A stretch of 12,995 nucleotides of DNA from Gemmatimonadota bacterium (lineage in GTDB: Bacteria; Latescibacterota; UBA2968; UBA8231), in contig JAYPJE010000089.1 of assembly GCA_038128265.1 (NCBI GenBank), positions 1 through 12,995 of the forward strand. Direction: 5' to 3'. The notes beneath the pieces were generated by a model, which was given only the letters and a program-made list of their open reading frames with translations, did not search any database and was not told the DNA's origin. Position 1 is the first letter of the stretch. Each line of letters starts with the position of its first letter. Both the position numbers and the translations under genes were made by a program. This document shows, one piece after another, positions 1-6,976 of this stretch.

Positions 1-627
1 GGCTACGGTCGCATGCAGGAAATTCATCGCGATCAGCCGGAGATTTTGGCGCCGCTGCTGGGGCGTCGCGTGTATCAGCCCGCGGGTCAGGACGGGGTTG
101 AGGGAACTAATTTATTCGATCGCGCCTATACGCTGATCATCTCGCTCGATGGGGAGATCTTGCACATCAACCGCTTTCACGATACGGCGTGGGCGCCGGT
201 TGAACCGCGCGTAACGCGCCGCCTGCTCGATGATATACGTCCCGGTCTCAGCTTTGACCTGCACGAGTCGGCCGGCATGGATGATCGCTATTGGCTATCG
301 GCGCGCAAGTTGCCCGATGCGGAAGGACAGGCGTGGGAGGAGCGCGCGGCCACGGCGATCATCGGTGCGATCGCCGACTCTGGGGCCACGTTGGCTACGG
401 AAGCGGACGCCCCTTCGGCTTGGTTTGATATGTCGGAGCAGGCCGTCTTTTGGCTGGATGCTACGCGGCGCGGAGAGGGGTTTAACCTGATGGACTTCTG
501 CTCGCGCGAATACGGCATGGCCTTTGGCACGGAGATGGGCATGTTTGGCACGTTTGACGGGCGCGTCGATATGGCGCTCACCACCGTGCGCACTGCCGTA
601 TCCGTTTTTGAAGAGCGCTATAAGTAG
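1..627 (+). CDS. 5'-truncated M14/succinylglutamate desuccinylase-like zinc metallohydrolase (C-terminal part)
   Basis: The frame is open from base 1 (GGC TAC GGT CGC precede the ATG at 13), so the true start probably lies upstream. It contains 'HINRF' (NR-type motif), 'SFDLHES' (DLHE zinc-ligand His motif) and a C-terminal 'FGTEMG' candidate catalytic Glu. Stop TAG at 625-627. Confidence 0.65.
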   Translation, partial: GYGRMQEIHRDQPEILAPLLGRRVYQPAGQDGVEGTNLFDRAYTLIISLDGEILHINRFHDTAWAPVEPRVTRRLLDDIRPGLSFDLHESAGMDDRYWLSARKLPDAEGQAWEERAATAIIGAIADSGATLATEADAPSAWFDMSEQAVFWLDATRRGEGFNLMDFCSREYGMAFGTEMGMFGTFDGRVDMALTTVRTAVSVFEERYK

Positions 628-640
628 GCGTGTAAGCAGC

Positions 641-2818
641 TCAGTGTGGGTTGCTGGGGGCTAGCGTCCAGGCACGCATATGGTGTAAATGGGCGCTTCC
701 CCCTTCGACCCACAGCGTGGTAGCGATGCTGTCGAGGTGCTGTGGATAGACGCGGCGGCCAATGGCCTGACGCTCGTTGGCAAAGACCTCGACTACCGAG
801 CGGTCAATAAAGACGCGCAGGTGCAGTCGCTCCCCGGCGGCAAGGGACAGGGGTGCGCGCTCGACCACGGTTCGGCCTACGGGTCCGCTACGGCTGGCAT
901 CAAAGACCAATTCGCCGGCCTGTGCATCAAAGTAGACCAGCGTCTCTTCGCTGCCGTCGGCGCAGGCACGCAGGCGCAGGCCGTAGCGCGTGGCGGTTCC
1001 CATTTCAATTTCGATTTCCACTTCACAGCAGGTTCCGTCTACCCCGCTTATGGGCTGGGTGTGGCCGTCGTCTAGTGCGATATCAGACCACTGGTGCTCC
1101 GGTCCGCGCAGGGTCGCCAATTCGGGCACGGGGGCCATGCGCAGCGTGCCGTCTGGGCCAAGCCACAGCGTGCGCGGCAACCCGTATACGCCCGACCAGC
1201 CGCGTTCGCGCTGCTGCGGCGGATTGTCTAGCAGCCAGGCCCACATGATCTGTCGTCCGCCGTCATCGACCAGCGCTTCGGGGGCAAAGTAGGTATTGTC
1301 GACCCAACTCATGCGGCCGTGGTTGTCTGGATAAAAGCGGTCGTCGCGGTAGTCGCCGACATAGTACTGGCAGCCCATATTGTGGCTGATAAAGAGCAGC
1401 AGATATTTGCCGCTGGGCTCGCCGCCCTCGGGGCTGCTGGGCAGCGGCAGGAAGCTCGGGCACATATTGTCTTCGCTGCGCTCGGTCCACTGCGGATTGC
1501 GCTCGTAAAACACGTGCAGATAGCGCCATTCTCGCAGGTCTTCGGAGACAAAGAGATAGAGGCGGTCGCCCTGCTCGGAAAGCGGGGCCTCGTCGTCGCG
1601 TCCGACCTTGTTGAGCACGAGCAGATTGCCGGTGAGCATGTAGTAGCGCCCGTCCCGTTTCCAGATGTTGGATGGGTCGGCCGAGCCGTATAGAACCGCG
1701 TTGCCCTCGGCGTCTTGCGCCTCGGTAATACCCCATTCTGTTGAGGGTATCACGGGGTTGGACGGCGATTTTTCCCACGTTGAAAAATCGGGTCCACAGC
1801 TGGTGGCCAGGCCGATGCCCTTAGCCCCCCACAGCATCCAGTAGGACAGCGTTGCCGTGCCGTCTCTGTCGACAAAGGCGCCGCCGCTAAAGCAGCCCTC
1901 GTCTCCTTCGCCCGGTCCAATGGCGTCTGGATGGTGGCGCCAGTGCAGCAGGTCGGCGCTGGAGATGTGGCCCCAGCAAAAGCCCGATCCCGTGCGCTTG
2001 TAGAGGTACATTAGGTGATAGCGGCCATCGTGGTAAAAGGCGCCGTTGGGATCGCCCGGTTCGCCGATGTCTTCGGGCAGGCAGAAGTGGTAGCGCGGTC
2101 GATGCGGGTCGGCCAGCAGCGATTCGCGCACGCCGCGCGCCATCTGCACGGCGGCACTGGGCACCGGGTCGTCGGTGCGCCAACCCTGTTGCGTCGCGTG
2201 CGAGCAAATAAGCGTAGCACCCTCCCCTTCTAAGAGCAGGTGGCCGTCCTCAATGCGCGCCGTGCCCAGCAGCTCCATGCGGCTGAAGCGGCCGTTGAGT
2301 TCGCGCAGACCGCCCGTGGCAAAGTGCCACCAGGCCCAAGGTGGCTCGGCTCCGGCATCCCCCATTATCAGCGCGTCAATTGCGTCCCCGTCCAGCGCGC
2401 GGTCGTAGATGCGTGCATCGGCAATGCGGCCGATAAAAGATTCCCCGCCGTCGACGTCGAGGTGGCGTTTGCCAAAGAGCACGTGTGCGCGATCGCTAAA
2501 GGGCTGTGGGTTGTTCTCCATTGTGTAGTGCGCGTAGAGCGCGCCGTTGCGAACGATGGATACTGCTCGTCCTCGGTAGGCAATGGCGATTTGAATGAAG
2601 GAGCCGTCAGCCGATGACTCTGCTGGCCACGTTTCCTGCTGCCGTTGGCTGCGCAGGTGGCTATCGCTGCCGGCCATCCAGCGCCCAGGTTCAATTTCGC
2701 CGTAGACAATGGCGTCAAAGTGCGCGCTGCTATTTTCTAGGGTCAGCGCGCTGCCGCCGCGTTGGGTGAGGTGGGCAGGAGCAACCCACGCGACGAGCGT
2801 TTTGTCGAGTAGTTCCAT
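641..2818 (-). CDS. Glycoside hydrolase family 32-like protein with N-terminal LamG/concanavalin A-like domain and atypical catalytic motifs
   Basis: GH32 propeller motifs: HRPRYHF, GDPNG, YHLMY, WGHISSADLLHW, CFSGGA, YFAPE, RQIMWAW, GWSGVYGLPR. C-terminal beta-sandwich motif: LRVFIDRSVVEVFAN. The N-terminal ~200 aa carry a LamG-like 'FIGRIADARIYDRALD'. Start placed at ATG 2818 (MELLDK), 16 nt after the upstream stop, rather than 2923, which overlaps the upstream gene. Confidence 0.88.
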   Translation of the reverse strand: MELLDKTLVAWVAPAHLTQRGGSALTLENSSAHFDAIVYGEIEPGRWMAGSDSHLRSQRQQETWPAESSADGSFIQIAIAYRGRAVSIVRNGALYAHYTMENNPQPFSDRAHVLFGKRHLDVDGGESFIGRIADARIYDRALDGDAIDALIMGDAGAEPPWAWWHFATGGLRELNGRFSRMELLGTARIEDGHLLLEGEGATLICSHATQQGWRTDDPVPSAAVQMARGVRESLLADPHRPRYHFCLPEDIGEPGDPNGAFYHDGRYHLMYLYKRTGSGFCWGHISSADLLHWRHHPDAIGPGEGDEGCFSGGAFVDRDGTATLSYWMLWGAKGIGLATSCGPDFSTWEKSPSNPVIPSTEWGITEAQDAEGNAVLYGSADPSNIWKRDGRYYMLTGNLLVLNKVGRDDEAPLSEQGDRLYLFVSEDLREWRYLHVFYERNPQWTERSEDNMCPSFLPLPSSPEGGEPSGKYLLLFISHNMGCQYYVGDYRDDRFYPDNHGRMSWVDNTYFAPEALVDDGGRQIMWAWLLDNPPQQRERGWSGVYGLPRTLWLGPDGTLRMAPVPELATLRGPEHQWSDIALDDGHTQPISGVDGTCCEVEIEIEMGTATRYGLRLRACADGSEETLVYFDAQAGELVFDASRSGPVGRTVVERAPLSLAAGERLHLRVFIDRSVVEVFANERQAIGRRVYPQHLDSIATTLWVEGGSAHLHHMRAWTLAPSNPH

Positions 2819-2834
2819 AGCGGTCCGTCGCTTT

Positions 2835-4310
2835 CTATGCGTCGTTCGCAGCGGCGCGTTGGAGGGCGTCGCGTACGCTGTCTGCTCGGCCGTCGCCCAG
2901 TGAGGAGCCCAGCGCTTTGGCATTGGAGGGCAGCGCCGCGTAGGTCTGCGCCAAGTGCTCTGCGCCGTCGTCTTCCTGGGCGAAGGTCTGCAGTCCGCGC
3001 AGCACGTCGGCGCGTTCGGCGCGGGGAAAATCGAGCCACTGACCTTCGTAGGGTGCTCTGTCGACAGGCTGTAGCTGCGCGCGCAGGGGCGCTCGGCCGC
3101 TGTAGCGATCCATCAGGCGTGCCAGTTTTTCTACGCTGAGCTGCTCAGCCGATAGAGGCCGCGCCAACGCCCAGCGCCAGAACGGAGCGAAGCGCGTTTG
3201 AATGCCGTATTTGAAATGGCCGACGTGGGGCTCCGGTGCGCCTTCGTCGATGACGGTGATGCTCCACTGCTTGGATTGGCTGAAGGGCAGCAGCAACTCT
3301 TTGCTCTCTCCCTCAACGGTCAGGTCGGCCTTGTAGCGCCCCGCCTGTGCGGGAACCGACTTGGCAAAGAGCTGGTAGCATGCCTCGGGCAGCGCGTCGA
3401 ACAGGCGCTGTCGCTGCGCTGGCTGCGCGAGCAGTGCGTCCATATCCTGCGTAAAGCCGCTGGGAAAATCTTTCCGTTGAGGGGGTCGGCTGTGGCCCGC
3501 GCCGAGCTGGTCAATGGGCACCAGCATATCGGCCGTGCTAAAAGCGGTGAGTATGGGTGCAGTGATGCCGCCTAGGTGGCAGACGGGCGATAGTGCGAAG
3601 AATAGGTCGGACTCTGTATCGGTGCCGTAGCGCCCTTCCGTTTGGTCGGTAATGGCCGTGACGAGGGCCAACACCGGGAGCTGCGCCGTCTGGCCGTCCG
3701 CTGCCAGCGCCGTGGCCAGCGCTTTGGACTTGGCAATATAGGAGGCGTTATAGGCCCAGTTGACCGGTGGCACCATGGCGATGGCGCAGCTTAGGGGAAA
3801 GGTCTCGGCGGCCAGCATCAGCGCCATATAGCCGCCGGCGCTGCCGCCCTGCACAAATACGCGGCGATCGTCGACAAAGGACAGTCGACGCTCGGCGTGC
3901 ATGAGGGCCCATTCCAGTTTGGGGCCGCGCGCCAGCGGGTTGAGGGCGTGGGCGTGCACGGTGGAAACGGCGATGCCAGCGCGTAGGTATTCCAATGCGC
4001 TCTGCTCGTCGAGCTCGTAGCCGGCCACGTGCAGCAGCGGAACGCGGGCGCCGGGTGTCGCTAGTATCGGAGGCAAAAAGAAAACAACCGAGGCCGCAGT
4101 GGTCGCGCCGTCCATTTCTGGGTAGGTAAAGGTGCAAACCGCGCGCCCGCCCTGCTGGCCGTCGACGTCGAGCGGTGCGCTGTCGACGCGCTGAAAGCGA
4201 TGGGCAAACTCGTCGGGCGGTTCGGTGTGGGGAAAGAGAGCTCGGAGCCAGTCGGGGTCTAGGTGCTCTGATGGGCGATCGTCGCTCATATCGAATTCCA
4301 CTGGATACAT
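2835..4310 (-). CDS. Alpha/beta-hydrolase fold protein (S9 peptidase/esterase-like)
   Basis: 491-aa ORF with nucleophile elbow 'VFVQGGSAGGYMAL', preceded by 'VDDRRVFV'. Candidate catalytic Asp in 'STADMLVP' and His in 'EPHVGH'. An alternative start exists at ATG 4289. Confidence 0.75.
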   Translation of the reverse strand: MYPVEFDMSDDRPSEHLDPDWLRALFPHTEPPDEFAHRFQRVDSAPLDVDGQQGGRAVCTFTYPEMDGATTAASVVFFLPPILATPGARVPLLHVAGYELDEQSALEYLRAGIAVSTVHAHALNPLARGPKLEWALMHAERRLSFVDDRRVFVQGGSAGGYMALMLAAETFPLSCAIAMVPPVNWAYNASYIAKSKALATALAADGQTAQLPVLALVTAITDQTEGRYGTDTESDLFFALSPVCHLGGITAPILTAFSTADMLVPIDQLGAGHSRPPQRKDFPSGFTQDMDALLAQPAQRQRLFDALPEACYQLFAKSVPAQAGRYKADLTVEGESKELLLPFSQSKQWSITVIDEGAPEPHVGHFKYGIQTRFAPFWRWALARPLSAEQLSVEKLARLMDRYSGRAPLRAQLQPVDRAPYEGQWLDFPRAERADVLRGLQTFAQEDDGAEHLAQTYAALPSNAKALGSSLGDGRADSVRDALQRAAANDA

Positions 4311-4341
4311 GGGCGGTCGGGATGCGCCCTATTGAGTCGAT

Positions 4342-5148
4342 CTACCGATCTAAGTAGAGCGCCTTGAGCGGCACATTGTCGTCGGTCGGCAGGTAGTGGC
4401 GCAGCGGATTGTCGTCGAGCGCGCCGAGGAGCTGCCGGCGATAGGGCGAGGCCCCTTCGAGCAAGGTGGCCGACGGCGTGCTGTAGTCCATCGGACGCAT
4501 CCACATATAGCCGTAGCCGTACAGCAGCTGTCGGCGCGTGTGCTCTGAGCGGTTCGGCAGGCCGGCGTGCCAGGTGTTTTGCCCGAATAGAAATGCATCG
4601 CCCGGCTTGCCGCAGATCTGCACCTCGCCCTCGTGCGTCAGCCCGTCGGCGCCCGTCTGCGGTGCGCTGCCCCAGCGGTGGCTGCCGGGAATGACCTTGG
4701 TATTGCCGCGATTGGGTTCGGTCAAATCGCTGAGAATATAGGCGACGCGCAGATAGTAGAGCGAGGTCGCCCCATCCACCTTGGGAAAGCGCGGGTTGGG
4801 GCCGTCCTGATGCCAGTTGATCTGGGCCCAGGTATTGGCCTGCTGGTCGTCTGGGTTGGGATGGCGAATGCTCAGATTGGAGATGCAAAATTGAATGTTG
4901 TAGCCCATGATATTAACCACCAGCGGCAGGATCGCCGGCTCGTCGACGAGCGAGGCCAGTTCGGGGTGGCGGTCGATGCAGTGGTAGATATTGTGTGCTA
5001 CGCTAGGCTCTTCTTCGGTCAGCACCTGGTCGATGGCCGCGTTGAGGCGATCGACTTTTTCCGGCGTCAGCACATCGGGCAGGACGAGGTAGCCATCGCG
5101 TTCAAACTGATCTACCTGTGCGCGTATTCCCTCCTCGCTGCGGTCCAT
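4342..5148 (-). CDS. Phytanoyl-CoA dioxygenase (PhyH) family Fe(II)/2-oxoglutarate dioxygenase, canonical HxD...H
   Basis: N-terminal 'FERDGYLVLPDVL', facial triad 'WHQDG' ... 'TWHAG', plus 'VIPGSHR', 'KPGDAFLF' and the 2OG-binding Arg in 'HTRR'. Start placed at ATG 5148 (MDRSEE), 2 nt after the upstream stop. The longer 5460 start overlaps the upstream gene. Confidence 0.9.
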   Translation of the reverse strand: MDRSEEGIRAQVDQFERDGYLVLPDVLTPEKVDRLNAAIDQVLTEEEPSVAHNIYHCIDRHPELASLVDEPAILPLVVNIMGYNIQFCISNLSIRHPNPDDQQANTWAQINWHQDGPNPRFPKVDGATSLYYLRVAYILSDLTEPNRGNTKVIPGSHRWGSAPQTGADGLTHEGEVQICGKPGDAFLFGQNTWHAGLPNRSEHTRRQLLYGYGYMWMRPMDYSTPSATLLEGASPYRRQLLGALDDNPLRHYLPTDDNVPLKALYLDR

Positions 5149-5150
5149 AC

Positions 5151-5981
5151 CTAGCTCTCGATCTGCGCTAGGAGAGCGGGGAAATCGGTGCGCTCGGGAA
5201 ACGAGGGCGGTTTGAGCAGCGCCTCGTGCAGCGGCGATAGAGCGGATAGTTCGGCCAGCGTTTCCGGTGGAGCTGGCGGCGTGAAAGCCATGATGCCCGG
5301 ACCGTAGCGCATGATGACGATGCGCCGCTGGTGGTCGGCCGTCCACGGTAGGGCGCCGTGCGTTAGCGCCTCGGTAAAGAGGATGGCCGAACCGGCTTTG
5401 GCCGGCACGTGGCGCACAAACTCCGCGCCAACTTCCATGCGCCGCATTTCCCACGAACAAAAGAAGTTGGCCTTGTGACTGCCCGGTATACAGCAGAAGC
5501 CGCCGTCGCCGGGATTGACGTCGCTGAGCAAGTAGGCGATGGCCATTTCCCCGTTGCGCATGCGGCCCTGTTCGACGCGGTGAAAAAAGCCCTGCTCTAA
5601 ATCGGGCGAGTGGCCTACGCCCCCGCCGTGTAGAATTTGCCCTTCGCTTCCCTTGGTGTTGGTGATACCCGTCAGACCCTCAAAACGCAGGTCGTCGCCG
5701 ATGGTATCGACCATGTACTCGAGCGCTTTGGGCAGAGCCATAAGCTGGTGAAAGGGGTCGCACCACGGCGCCGGCCAGTTGAGACCGCTGAACGTTTGGC
5801 GGCCGTGCGTACCGCTGAGTTGCTCCGATCCCGAGTTGAGCCCCGTAGGCGCAAGCGGTGCATCGGCTGCCATATGCTGGTCGATCGATGCATTGAGCGC
5901 ATCGAGGAGCGCTGGGCTGAGGATGTCATCAACGACGAGATAGCCGTTGAGGTCGAAGAGGTATTTTTCGTATTCTGTCAT
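5151..5981 (-). CDS. PhyH-family Fe(II)/2OG-dependent enzyme with HxG in place of HxD
   Basis: 'EKYLFDLNGYLVV', 'GGFCCIPGSHK', 'KAGSAILFTEALTHG' and 'QRR' match the PhyH fold. The first metal motif reads 'ILHGGG' (His codon at 5628-5630). Confidence 0.88.
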   Translation of the reverse strand: MTEYEKYLFDLNGYLVVDDILSPALLDALNASIDQHMAADAPLAPTGLNSGSEQLSGTHGRQTFSGLNWPAPWCDPFHQLMALPKALEYMVDTIGDDLRFEGLTGITNTKGSEGQILHGGGVGHSPDLEQGFFHRVEQGRMRNGEMAIAYLLSDVNPGDGGFCCIPGSHKANFFCSWEMRRMEVGAEFVRHVPAKAGSAILFTEALTHGALPWTADHQRRIVIMRYGPGIMAFTPPAPPETLAELSALSPLHEALLKPPSFPERTDFPALLAQIES

Positions 5982-6125
5982 AGTTGGACCGTGGGTGTGT
6001 TGGTTGAAAGAGTATGTTAATCAAATAAAAAACGGTGCTGCGCAAAACAGTAGTGCTGCTGGTGTCGAGCGATTTTAATCGAGGTGGCACTACTTGGCCA
6101 GCCGCTTATTGAAAAGGAGCGAACC

Positions 6126-6950
6126 ATGAGGGACCTGCGCATAGCAGCAGTACAGATGAACTGCATCGTCGGCGACGCTGAGCGCAATATTGCGACGATT
6201 GAACGCTTTGTCGAGCGGGCCGTGCGCGAAGAGGCCGACATCGTCTGCTTCCCGGAACTGTGTGTGTGCGGCTACAATGCCGGCGATACGGACCGGCCGG
6301 TGGCCGAGCCGCTCGATGGCTCCTCGGTAGAACGGCTGGTTGAGATTGGCCGGCAGAGCGGCATTACCTTTCTAGCCGGCCTGTTGGAGCGGGCGCTGAG
6401 TGGCATTGTTTACAACGCGCAGTGCGTCTTTGGCCCGCAGGGCATGCAGGGCGTCTATCGAAAGACGCACGTGCCCACGAGTGAAAACGGCACCTGGTGT
6501 CAGGGTGACGAAGTGCCCATTTTCGAGCACGCCAAAGCGCGCTTTGGCATCGAAATATGCTACGACTCGCACTTCCCCGAACTGAGCACGCTGCTGGCCG
6601 AAGACGGCGCTGAGATCCTGTTCTTTCCGCACGCATCGGGTGGGGAAACGCCCGAGCAGAAGCGCGCGCGCTGGCTGCGCTATATGCCGGCACGCGCCTA
6701 CGATAATGCGGTCTACATGGCCGTCTGCAACCAGGTGGGCGACAACGGCGCCGGCCGCGTCTTTGCCGGTGTCGCCTTTATCTGCGACGCGCGCGGAGAG
6801 GTGGTAGCCTCCACGGAGCGCGGTGACCGCGAGGAGATGATCGTAGCCGACCTACGGGCTGCGGATTTATACGAAGCTCGGCGCGTGCCGGAGACGTTTT
6901 TCCGCTATTTTCGCCGCCCAGACCTGTATGCGCGCAGTCGCATCAGATAA
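6126..6950 (+). CDS. Nitrilase-superfamily carbon-nitrogen hydrolase
   Basis: 'RIAAVQM' at the N-terminus and a complete Glu-Lys-Cys triad ('FPEL', 'YRKTH', 'EICYD'), plus 'ARAYDN' and a C-terminal 'RRPDLY'. A strong RBS (AAGGAG) precedes ATG 6126. Confidence 0.92.
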   Translation: MRDLRIAAVQMNCIVGDAERNIATIERFVERAVREEADIVCFPELCVCGYNAGDTDRPVAEPLDGSSVERLVEIGRQSGITFLAGLLERALSGIVYNAQCVFGPQGMQGVYRKTHVPTSENGTWCQGDEVPIFEHAKARFGIEICYDSHFPELSTLLAEDGAEILFFPHASGGETPEQKRARWLRYMPARAYDNAVYMAVCNQVGDNGAGRVFAGVAFICDARGEVVASTERGDREEMIVADLRAADLYEARRVPETFFRYFRRPDLYARSRIR

Positions 6951-6976
6951 ATCCGGTTTCGTCTGGGCGTGCCCAA

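Noticed and set aside
2819..2923. 35-aa N-terminal extension of the GH32 ORF given in the track
   Set aside because: It overlaps the upstream hydrolase gene by 89 nt. ATG 2818 gives a clean 16-nt gap.
5149..5460. 104-aa N-terminal extension of the HxD PhyH ORF, as a possible fusion or overlapping gene
   Set aside because: It lies within the upstream PhyH gene in another frame and is Arg/Ala-rich shadow sequence. PhyH homology begins at Met 5148.
6085..6099. Sigma54-like TGGCAC...TTGGC upstream of the nitrilase-family gene
   Set aside because: GG-to-GC spacing is 9 nt rather than the required 10, and the -12 element is not TTGC.
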